A stretch of 63,858 nt of DNA, filler included, from Octopus bimaculoides (Eukaryota), in the NCBI RefSeq assembly GCF_001194135.2. It is 4 parts of 3 records of this genome, joined end to end, with 100 filler letters (N's around TTAATTAATTAA, not from the genome) between each part and the next. Parts side by side here need not be neighbours in the genome. Positions count along the whole stretch, not along the records: positions 27,993 to 56,250 come from NC_068981.1; positions 56,351 to 61,098 come from NC_068984.1; positions 61,199 to 63,858 come from NC_068981.1; 1 more part is not named here. One strand, written 5' to 3'. The notes under the pieces are model-generated. The model had not been told where the DNA came from. It saw nothing but the letters and a program-made list of their open reading frames with translations, and ran no database searches. Positions 53,363-63,827 of this stretch are shown piece by piece. Position 1 is the stretch's first letter. Every line of letters begins with the position of its first letter. A program made the position numbers and the translations under genes.

Positions 53363-56216
53363 TGGGTGTGTGTGCTTGTGTGTGCGTGCGTGTCAATGAA
53401 TGTGTTAATAAATGCTTTATGAAAGTGTAAAGTTTTGATGTATGTATTGGTTAAGTGCTTAAATAAAATATAGTTCGAACAAGTTCTTCAAAATGTGTTG
53501 ATGCCAATTATGTGTTACATCATTTCATCGACGCTGTATCATATTTAATGTTTCATTTCATATTCATTCTCAAAACCCCAAAGGTGTATATTCACGCAAT
53601 TAATATTGTATTTTAATTAGTTTCAATTAACAAAACTTATGATAATTAATAACATTTTTGAATTATTCAGAAGAAGAAACAAGTAATTCAAAACAAGGAA
53701 TTTGTTATACTTAGACACTTTGTTGTAAGTGAAGGGAAAGTGCAATTTTTATCTCAAAGACATTTAGTCAATTAGCTTCGAGTTGGATTTAAAACAAGTT
53801 CGACAATTCGAGTAACATAGCAAGCAGAATGCAGTGCCAATTCTCTAAAATAACTGAATAATACAAAATAATAATCACCAAAAACTGAAGCATTTTAATT
53901 ATAACAAGGATTCATTAAAAATGTCAGGCAATTCGTCATAATATATGCACCTTGTATCACGCTCACTTTTTTCCTAAGTTATTCGAATTATTCTACCGTC
54001 TGAAATGTCATAACTGTTTCCATCGCATTATATCTGTCATTAGAATTTACTGGTTTCTTTCACAATTCACATAAAAACTTTGAAACATTTATTGAACCGC
54101 ATTTTGTTTAAATATTCTGCAATTATTGTATAATATAGAATTACTTTTCATATCTAAATGCTGAGCCCTAAGTCAAAGAAATGCTTTTTAGTCTTTTTTA
54201 TCTACCATTGTTTATATTCTAATTTATACTTTATTTTAATCAATATTATTGAACTGTATACTCTTAAAACTAGATGACATAGGCTCCAACAAATACAATT
54301 CTAGATCAGAACAGTATATATGTAATTAGTTTCATGTGCACAAAGATTAAGATTCAAATTATTCGTTTTTTTTTTTTTATACGTATCCAATCCACGCAGG
54401 CAACAATGTTTACTCATATGATATACTGATTATTTATATTGGTAGCAGTTTTGTAGGAAGGTTTTTAAGGAAGGCAGACAATTCAGCTGAGCCTCAATAT
54501 ATTATTAGTACATTTGTTATCATTAATCGATAAATGAAAATTATAATCAATGCACATTAATAAAAACATTCTCCAATATTTTGAATCCAGCTCTCTGTTC
54601 TTATTCCAATACACCGTTCTAGAAATGGAGTGGATATTTATAACCAATGAAAAGGAGTATTTTATCGATTAAGAAGTATAAATTTCAATGAGTTTATTTG
54701 ATGTGATGAGTAAAATGACCAAAAGGTTTGGGCACTTCCTCTTTTTGGGTGATTAACATACAGATTTTTAAACTCAAGATCGCAGCCAGGCCTATGACTG
54801 AGAAATTAATCTTTATAATACTTCTATGAGGAATGGTTTTGATATGACTTAACTTCTATATATATTACTCGGTGCGTTTCAGAGATTTCACTGTTTTCCA
54901 AATACTGAGAGAAAATTTCAATAGAATGTTTTTTTTTTCGTAATATTTGCGGTTGCCTAGCACCCTAGATTGCATAGTCTCCTAGATATTTGTTTAAAGG
55001 TTAAGACAAAAATGACTTAGAAAAGAAGTTCTCTGTGGAGTAACACAAAGGTCTCAAAATTTCTTAAACCATTTATTCTAATGTTTTACTGATATACCAT
55101 CCAGTACAGTAGTTTCGAGCGTCTTATCAATGCTAATTGGAACTATACTTCGCGAAAGCCGGAAACTAAGTCCATATTTGAACCTACATATCGTCTCCTC
55201 CGAACAAGCACCTCAATGATGGAGATTTTATTATGTCATCCACTAGTTTTAAACTAAACCTGCCGATCAAATCTATATTTTGTGTATTGTATTTTCTATT
55301 TTAATGGTGATTTACGCAACTAAATAGAATTCATTCAATCTCCCAATTATATATCTCACGAGGAGGTTTCTAAGAAGGATTATTAATTAGTTTGATTCAT
55401 AGTCTCTCTCTTTCGTGAATACTTTAAATTCATTTGTTGCCCCTAAAACTCCCCGACCAACAGCGTTTGTTTCAAGTAATTCTTTTGGGTGTGAGTGGCT
55501 TCAAAGTACACAACTGAATCTAACACTTTTACTCTAACTGCGCTGATGGCTTTTGCGCAGTAATGGACACAGATAATTTTCGCCATTCGCAACAGTTAGC
55601 ATCCTCATATGTTATGCATATTTCTTAACTACAAACGGACATGCCAAGCATGCTTTATTATATTCTACATTCCAAACAAGGACACAATAATATCAGTCTT
55701 CTTGTGATCATAGGACACTATCTAATAATCTTAACTCTCATTATATGCAACCGTATGCTCCTATGTAACGTTATTTTTACCATCTAAATTATTTGATATA
55801 AGATAGTTAATCAGTAGGGTATCCAATAGCTCTCAAGTATCTGCAACTAAGATGTTGCTATACGAGTCCTTACTTGTGACCTGTTTGAAAGAAATTTACC
55901 AATGGATGCAAGCCAATTCTTTGATGGTTCCTTATCGATGGCACAAAATCTCTTAACTTCTCTAGCACAGGGCACTTTTGCGTGTTCGCGACGATAGGAG
56001 AGGAGTAGTAATAGTCATACTTTGACTGAAGAAATGTAACATTCTGCACCGCTGAGAATGAATTACTCCATAACCGTCGACAACAGAAATAGACTAAATG
56101 CTCTGCCTCCTTATATATATATATATATATATATAGATGATATAAATTATTATATGTTCGAACGCCACGCATCCTTTTCCAAGTAAGTTTTATCAATCTA
56201 TCTATCTATCTATCTA

Positions 56217-56250
<34 letters not shown>

Positions 56251-56439
56251 NNNNNNNNNNNNNNNNNNNNNNNNNNNNNNNNNNNNNNNNNNNNTTAATT
56301 AATTAANNNNNNNNNNNNNNNNNNNNNNNNNNNNNNNNNNNNNNNNNNNNTACATAGTTCATAGAAGAGAATCAGATACTCTCTGTATAGAATAAACTTA
56401 ATAGTGCTCAAGGGGTTTAAACTTGGACGGGTAGAGCAA

Positions 56440-56817
56440 TGAATGAAAGGATCAGCGAGTTAGGCAGGTCAATATACAAAGTATATTAAATACATGAAAT
56501 ACAAAAAATGTTATATATATACAAAAAGGTTTAATACAAAAAGGTTCGACTTACACAAAATAGAAATGATATCAAGAATTAAATGGGTTGAAGAAAGGTA
56601 TTGCAAATTCCACAGCTGGGGGCTCAGTAGTCCAAAATAATGTTTGTATATTGATTCCATCGTCGGATGAGACGAACTCGACTTCAGTGAAGTGATCTTA
56701 CATTTCAGGTGTTGATAGAAAGAAGTTGAAAGATGGAATGATTTTGTGGAGAGCTAACTGTATTAGAAGGGGGAGAGAATAGAGAGAGGAGAAAATAAAT
56801 TTCAAAGATTAGGGGTT
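56440..56817 (-). mobile_element. Fold-back C, left arm (PLE 3'/pLTR-like)
   Basis: Inverted, diverged copy of 58366-58742. Confidence 0.8.
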
Positions 56818-56939
56818 GACAAATGTATTTTTTGAATCAGTTGAAGACACATAAGATGCCGGAATATCGTTCACTAGATAAAAATGGCACTCTTCTTTTA
56901 ATTTTATATCTTCAGGAGGAGTTACCTCAATCCTTTCTA

Positions 56940-56961
56940 TATTATTATTATTATTATTATT

Positions 56962-57057
<96 letters not shown>

Positions 57058-57110
57058 GCTGTTGTTGTTGTTGCTGTTGTTGTTATTACTGTGTGTATTA
57101 TTGTTGTTAT
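56940..57110. repeat. (TAT)n/(TGT)n microsatellite
   Basis: Directly visible. Confidence 0.95.
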
Positions 57111-57139
57111 TTTTCCTATTTAATTAGGTGTCAATTTTT

Positions 57140-57890
57140 TTTTATTATTCATGGAGGAGATGATAGTGGCCAGGTTATGCGTTAGANNNNNNNNNNNNNN
57201 NNNNNNNNNNNNNNNNNNNNNNNNNNNNNNNNNNNNNNNNNNNNNNNNNNNNNNNNNNNNNNNNNNNNNNNNNNNNNNNNNNNNNNAAGCTCTTCGATCT
57301 TTTGTGATGTGATCTTTTCAGTGTGGGGTCGCGCATAGTCCTGACGAAACATCACTTCTTTTCGATTCACTAAAGCGGGTCTTTTTTTCTTCAAAACTTG
57401 GCTCTAACGCCGTAATTGCTGACAGTAGACTTGAGCATTGATTAATTTAAAGTGAATTATTCCTTTGCAATCCCATCAGATAGAGAGAAGAATCTTTTTT
57501 CCATGAAGTTCCCCTCTCGGTTGTGGTTGAGCTTTTTCCCTTTTACCAAGCCACTATTTACGACGCTTAACATTTCGATAGAAGATCCATTTTTTGTCAC
57601 CAGTCACAAGTTTATCCAAAAAGAGTGAAATGAGTTCGCAAGAATGGAGAGAAGAGCAGATGTCAACTCGGGATTTGCGGTTGCTTTCGGACAATTTATG
57701 AGGTATGCATTTTCCAAGTTTAGGAACCTTTCCAAGTTGTTGAATATGACGATGAACAGTTGTATAGCTTGAACTAAGCTTTATTGCCAATTCTTCAACT
57801 GATAATGCACGATTTTCTTCAAGTAATACCTCAAGGAGCTTATCATCAAACTCAACTGGATGTCCTGTTCGATCTTCATCTTCAAGGCTT
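57140..57890 (-). mobile_element. Mariner (DD34D-type) transposase pseudogene fragment
   Basis: SLEDEDRTGHPVEFDDKLL...GKCIPHKLSE...LVTGDKKWIFYRN...MFRQDYARPHT, with stops, deletions and a 100-N gap. Confidence 0.9.
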
Positions 57891-57989
57891 TATTTAAGAG
57901 AATTGGTGATATTTAAGAATAATAATTTGAGATATCAAACTGGAGTAAATGGGTGTGCTGCTTATCGGGAAGAGTGAAACCAAATGATG

Positions 57990-58365
57990 ACGTCACTGGT
58001 GCAAATTCCAGAGTACTTAACACTACCCACTCCTATGGATACTAACCTCTCAAACTCTACCCTTCCCTATTCACATCCCTCTATTCAATTTCAGACATCT
58101 CTGTATACCTTGGCACTCACCCTCCAATATCAACCCAATTTTTTCCCCACTAACAACTGCTATACTGACCACCAACTCACCCACCAATCTATCCCCCTCC
58201 ATCTTCTCTCATATTTTTTCTCAAATAATGGTCATTCCCTTTCTCACTATCAACCATTAATTCTATAAACTTCATACAAACACAAACGACTACTATTCAC
58301 ATACTACATAAACTAACCTCCTACTTTTCACCTCTACTACTATAACACCCTACTAGCCTGCTTAT
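57990..58365 (+). mobile_element. Probable degenerate Penelope-like GIY-YIG endonuclease C-terminus
   Basis: FSNNGHSLSH..LIL...KRLL..YYIN..TFHL..YNTP resembles 'HFN..GHS.....ILE....RL..E..I..L.T..P.G.N'. Directly upstream of fold-back C right arm. Confidence 0.45.
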
Positions 58366-58742
58366 TAACCCCTAATCTTTGAAATATATTTCTCCTCTCA
58401 CTATTGTCTGCCCCTTCTAATACACGTAGCTCTTCACAAAATCATTCCATCTTTCAACTTCTTTCTGTCAACACCTCAAATGTAAGATCAATTCACTGAA
58501 GACGAAGGCTCGTCTCACCCGACGATGGAATCAACCTACAAACATTATTTTAAACCACCGATTCCCCAGAAACAGCTGTTGGATTTGTAATACTTTTCTT
58601 CAACCCCTTTAATTCTTGATATTATTTCTATTCTATGTAAGTCGGACCTTTTGATATTAAACTTATATAACATTTTTTTGTATTTCATGTATTTAATATA
58701 CTTTGTATATTGACCTGCCTAACTCGCTGATCCTTACATTCA
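58366..58742 (+). mobile_element. Fold-back C, right arm (PLE 3'/pLTR-like) with hammerhead-like remnants
   Basis: Inverted copy of 56440-56817. Contains CTGAAGA (58496), CCGACGA (58519) and GAAA-CAGCTG-TT (58569-58580), but I could not make a fully canonical fold. Confidence 0.75.
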
Positions 58743-58752
58743 CTTCACTCTC

Positions 58753-58805
<53 letters not shown>

Positions 58806-58822
58806 ATATATATATATATATA

Positions 58823-59452
58823 GGGTGGGCTACATAGGGCCGACGCACTATTCATACTAAAAAAACGTCTCACATGGGAGATTAGAACTGATTAAGAAAA
58901 AAATTATATAAATTTTTTGACAGATTCGGCCTAAGTGTTACTATAGAAAAGGAACATAACTCTATAAATTACTTAGACACCAACTGCACCCTAGCCACGG
59001 GTCTCCACGAACCCTACATAAAACCTAATACAAACCTCAAGTATATAAGCGCACCCGGTAACCACCCTAACTTTATTAAAAGAGGATTAGTACATAGCAT
59101 TAGCAAAAGAATTTCACGCCTCTCTTCTTACCTAAGTATCTTTAATAAGTATAAAGAATTCTACAATAGCACATTAGAAAAAGCAGGTTATAAACAAAAA
59201 ATTAAATACCTAGACTTTGAACATTATACAAATAATCGGAACAACATAAATGCCCAAGGCAATTGTCACAACACTAACCACACTCCAAACAAAGCTAACA
59301 ACCACATTAATGTGAACAAGATAGATAAGATTAATACCAATAATATCAACTGTAGAAATAATAAGATTCAAACTAAGATAACTAACAACATTAAAAACGA
59401 TAACAAAACTAATACCAACAATGTGAAAATTAAAAAAAATCAAGAATACTGA
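58823..59452 (+). mobile_element. Penelope-like element reverse-transcriptase fragment (pseudogene)
   Basis: GLHRADALF (degenerate GLYRDD), IKKKII, SINYLDTNCTLATGLHEPYIKPNTNLKYISAPGNHP...SISKRISRLSS...LEKAGYKQKIKY, then an Asn-rich linker. Two frameshifts. Starts at a (TA)n tract. Confidence 0.88.
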
Positions 59453-59456
59453 CACG

Positions 59457-59509
<53 letters not shown>

Positions 59510-60541
59510 TGATGATGATGATGATGATCATGATCATGATTTCTTCTACTAGCCACAGGAGCATGGATGAAGGGAACATCTCAAGGACAGTCTCTCCACC
59601 CTCACTCCCCTGGAACTAAAAAAGCTAAAATACGTCGATGAGGGCTTGACCGAAGAGGAAAGTGCCTTCCTTCAATCCTTTTATCGTCGACCACTATACT
59701 TCAACCTCTTTCACTGTTGCCATTAAACAGATGAACACCATATTGTTAACAGTGGGTGGTGGGGTGATTCTCACTATGGATTTAGCCGATAGTCGTATTC
59801 GTCCCACATGGATGGTTCAGATCCAAGTTTTCTCTGTTGGACTAGACAATTAAGGCGTTCCAGCCATGGGCTTGCTGTCTTTTTTTTTTTTCGTTTTTTC
59901 AATATAAAGTTCTACATTATCAAGTATTACGTTCCCTTATTTACATCGCTAAGGCCTGCTGATTTAAGAATGGAAGAAGTGGAGTGAGAAATTGAAAACG
60001 TAACAGAGAGAGAGCGAGAGAGAGAGAAGGCGAGGAAAAAATGGCTGTTTCTTTTTGGTGAAGGAAGTTTCCGCATGGTTATCCTCTCATTGGCTCAAAT
60101 ATTAACAAGTGGCCAAACTACTAAGGCGAAACATTTACAGAAGGTGATTTAAATATTAGAGAAAAGTTACAGAAGTGTTAAACATATTAACAAGCGAGCG
60201 TAATTTCGGAATCAAGATTATATTAGCATGATAGAAGGCTTCCGTATAAAGAATCGGAGAAAAAAAAAAGCTTGGAAAAGACACTTAGGATATCATCAAC
60301 TTATTCTGCATCGGCTATTATATGATATTTATATCAACAACGCACGAACGGAGAAAGTGTTTGATATAAGTAGATATCTATTAGAATGTTAGTTGGGTTT
60401 GTCTAAAAATTGCTTAGATACAAGAAAATGTAGACTGATTATTATAACACAACATGAAGAAAACAATACAACCAAGCTTAGTTTGTGTTTAGATATATAA
60501 TAAGCTAAAAAAATAGAAGGAAATAGAAAATACTCTTTGAC

Positions 60542-60680
60542 GGCGGTGAGGTGGCAGAATCGTTAGCACGCCGGGCGAAATGCTTAACGGTATTTCGTCT
60601 AGAGTTACGTTATGAGTTCAAATTCCACCGAGGTCGACTTTGCATTTCATTCTTTCGGGGTAGATAAATTAAGTACCAGT
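60542..60680 (+). mobile_element. tRNA-derived SINE with Meta/Sauria-like domain, 3'-truncated
   Basis: ggcggtgaggtggcagaatcgttagcacg (A box), gagttcaaattcc (B box), and ttcattctttcggggtagataaattaagtaccagt. Confidence 0.85.
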
Positions 60681-61198
60681 TAATCTAAACAATCCTTAAT
60701 CTGAACAGTCCTTATTTCAGGTTACGCTGGAAATTGAAAGTCGAAAGAAATATCAATGGTAAATTCCATTAAAATATGACAAGCATTGAATTACCCGAGA
60801 ATTCTCACATGATCAGTAGTATATTTCTTGAGTATCCTTTTTGTAGTTGAAGATGTTTTCGAATCTACCACATAATAAAGACTTCACAGGTGATCCAGCG
60901 ATGAAAATAGAAAATTTATACTATGACAGACATGTTGTCTTTACAGAGATTGCTTAAATTAAAAAAAGAATTGTGACTGTGAAACCATGAATATAAAGTT
61001 GAATATAATATATGACATAATATGATTTGATATAATATGATATAATATACATATATATAAATATCTACATATGTGTGAATCTTATATATATATATATANN
61101 NNNNNNNNNNNNNNNNNNNNNNNNNNNNNNNNNNNNNNNNNNTTAATTAATTAANNNNNNNNNNNNNNNNNNNNNNNNNNNNNNNNNNNNNNNNNNNN

Positions 61199-61239
<41 letters not shown>

Positions 61240-61444
61240 TATATACATATATATATAATAAATTCAGAAGAGTGGTACAACACGGCACCGATATTTACTG
61301 GAAAATATCAATCGATATAAATACGACGCCATTGCATAGCCTCACTGCGTATATACTGGCAAAAATGCGTGTGTGCAACAAATATGAAAAAAATGTCTTG
61401 CCTGTAGAAAGAACATTCGAAAATGGACAACCCAGATTGAAGAT

Positions 61445-61517
61445 AATGTAGGACCGGTTTCAGACTCTTCAAATACGTTTCACAAAGTAAATCTAATCAG
61501 TCTTCATCAGCTGCATT
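61445..61517 (-). ncRNA. Minimal type I hammerhead ribozyme (fold-back B, left arm)
   Basis: aaugcag CUGAUGA AGACU..AGUCU GAAA CCGG UC cuacauu. Helix II 5/5, helix I 6/7, palindromic helix III (ACCGGU), GUC triplet. Confidence 0.85.
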
Positions 61518-61657
61518 TACCTAGACAATATTTCAAATGTTGCCACATCAATGCTAAGTATACTCGCCCAAACGCCCAGCCGTTAACAGAACTGAAAACA
61601 TTGAAGGGCGAGTATAATTGGCATTGATGTGGCAACATTTGAAATATTGTCTAGGTA

Positions 61658-61730
61658 AATGCAGCTGATGAAAACTGATCAGATTTACGTTGTGAAACGT
61701 ATTTCAAGAGTCTGAAACCGGTCCTGCATT
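61658..61730 (+). ncRNA. Minimal type I hammerhead ribozyme (fold-back B, right arm)
   Basis: aaugcag CUGAUGA AAACU..AGUCU GAAA CCGG UC cugcauu. Helix I 7/7, helix II 4/5. Predicted cleavage after C61723. Confidence 0.85.
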
Positions 61731-62432
61731 ATCCTTAATCTGGGTTGTCCATTTCCGAATGTTCTTTCTACAGGTAAGTCAAATTTTTCATGTTTTTTGC
61801 ACACACACATTTTTGCCAGTACATACGCAGTGAAGCTATACAATAGCGTCGTATTTATATCGATTGCTATTTTCCAGTAAATATCGGTGCCTTGTTGTAC
61901 CACTCTTCTGAATTTATTATATAAATATACCCTTATAGGGGTATGTTTTGCTGGAAATTAATACTTTTGTATTGAAATATTTTACACACACACACACACA
62001 CACATGTATATACATATATATATATATGTGTATATANNNNNNNNNNNNNNNNNNNNNNNNNNNNNNNNNNNNNNNNNNNNNNNNNNNNNNNNNNNNNNNN
62101 NNNNNNNNNNNNNNNNNNNNNNNNNNNNNNNNNNNNNNNNNNNNNNNNNNNNNNNNNNNNNNNNNNNNNNNNNNNNNNNNNNNNNNNNNNNNNNNNNNNN
62201 NNNNNNNNNNNNNNNNNNNNNNNNNNNNNNNNNNNNNNNNNNNNNNNNNNNNNNNNNNNNNNNNNNNNNNNNNNNNNNNNNNNNNNNNNNNNNNNNNNNN
62301 NNNNNAACACATACAAGAAAAAGCATTATTGTTGGACTAGATAGCCGTTGTTTTATTACGTGGAACTTGTGTAATGAGTCAATGTGGAGGTTGAGGTTTC
62401 GTAATGAGTCATTTTGTATATTATGCAATAGT

Positions 62433-62484
62433 CATTTACGTACGTTTCGATCAAGCCAGTTGTTTGGCAGATCTCATCAGAATG
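62433..62484 (-). ncRNA. Minimal type I hammerhead ribozyme (fold-back D, left arm)
   Basis: cauu CUGAUGA GAUC u gcca aacaac uggc uu GAUC GAAA CGUACG UA aaug. All core positions are canonical. Confidence 0.9.
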
Positions 62485-63462
62485 TTGAAGGGTATATTCA
62501 AAGTTTGTGGTGTGCGAAATGTAGGAGAAGTAATTAGTGGGTGTAATATATGTGGTGGTGTAATAGTGGTGATAGGTAAATAGAGCCTTACGTTTTAGTT
62601 GGAGTTGTAAGGGGATGTAGGATGGGTGCTATCTAAAACATTGTTCCAGTTTTAGTCGAATGCATCTCCACGTGATGTTTGTGATTGATGGATGCGTCGT
62701 ATTTTTATAGCACCGCCGGTGTTAGTACAGGGAAGCAACCCTAAATTTAGGTGAAAAGGGGGCTAACTTTGGTCTTATTCGTATCTACTTAGAAGGAAAG
62801 TAATTTTATGCATATTTAGTTTTGCTTAGGAGGTGTAATGTATTATATATTTAATTATACTTAGAGAATGAGTATTTAGTAGCGTGAAGACAGATTCGAC
62901 TAGATTCATATCTCCTGTTTAATAGGTCGTTCTTAGCCGTTTGGATTTCAAGGCACCCATGTTATAGGGAATGATTAGCCAGATCGTATTCTTATTGTTC
63001 TTGCTGCTATTATGGCCATATCTGGTATAGAAGCTGCCATCATAACTGGGGAGGGTGTCGACTAAAACTGGAACAATTTATCTGCTCTCCTACATATACC
63101 TCCTAAGCAAAACTAAATATGCATAAAATAACTTTCCTTCTAAGTAGATACGAATGAGACCAAAGTTAGCCCCCTTTTCACCTAAATTTAGGGTTGCTTC
63201 CCTGTACTAACACCGCCGGTGCTATAAAAATACGACGCATCCATCAATCACAAACATCACGTGGAGATGCATTCGACTAAAACTGGAACAATGTTTTTAA
63301 ATAGCCCCCATGCTACATCGCCTTACAAGAAGACCAACACAACTCCAACTAGAACGTAAGGCTCTATTTACCTATCACCACTATTACACCACCACTTATA
63401 TTACACCCACTAATTACTTCTCCTACATTTCGCACGCCACAAACTTTGAATATACCCTTCAA

Positions 63463-63514
63463 CATTCTGATGAGATCTGCCAAACCACTGGCTTGATCGA
63501 AACGTACGTAAATG
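63463..63514 (+). ncRNA. Minimal type I hammerhead ribozyme (fold-back D, right arm)
   Basis: cauu CUGAUGA GAUC u gcca aaccac uggc uu GAUC GAAA CGUACG UA aaug. Palindromic helix III (ACGUACGU). Predicted cleavage after A63510 (GUA). Confidence 0.9.
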
Positions 63515-63827
63515 ACTATTGCATAATATACAAAAATGACTCATTACATAACCTCAATCACCACATTGACTCATTACACAAGTTCCACGTAATAAAACAA
63601 CGGCTATCTAGTCCAACAATAATGCTTTTTCTTGTATTTGTTGCTCCATTATCCACATAAATACATAAACTACGGTTTAAGCAATAAATTACCTGCCTCT
63701 GGTTGCCCTCTTCCTAAGACGGTACCGATACAAGTGTTCCCCAGGAGTGCCTCCGGATTTAAACATCCCCTAGTTGCTTGGATGCTTCAGACTACACCTG
63801 ATGAAGGATCGAGGCAAACCTATCACT

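Larger units (their letters stand above)
61252..61923. mobile_element. Fold-back B: ~670-bp palindrome with one hammerhead ribozyme per arm
   Basis: Arms 61252-61569 and 61606-61923, about 23 mismatches in ~310 bp by hand count. 36-nt spacer. The left end abuts (TA)n. Confidence 0.92.
62306..63642. mobile_element. Fold-back D: >1.3-kb inverted duplication with one hammerhead per arm, PLE-like
   Basis: Arms 62306-~62842 and ~63091-63642. About 10 differences in the outer 300 bp, plus a ~14-nt indel region further in. Spacer ~250 bp. The left arm runs into a gap. Weak PLE linker/endonuclease-like peptides (IWLIIPY, NITW...TRR...LERK). Confidence 0.9.

Noticed and set aside
55874-56030. Minus-strand open segment bounded by ttcttcag and gtaag
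   Set aside because: No recognisable protein and no partner exons.
61252-63642. Endogenised viroid-like or other ambisense circular RNA as the origin of B and D
   Set aside because: Ribozymes in both polarities arise here simply from inverted duplication of one arm. The PLE-type minimal HHR and adjacent PLE relics are a simpler explanation.
48-63660. Most ORFs in the supplied track (YI, HT, CV, X-rich)
   Set aside because: Translations of microsatellites, N gaps or antisense TE relics.
63701-63820. CTGATGA at 63798-63804 within a short imperfect inverted repeat
   Set aside because: No GAAA-helix III-NUH before the (TA)n tract. At most a truncated remnant.
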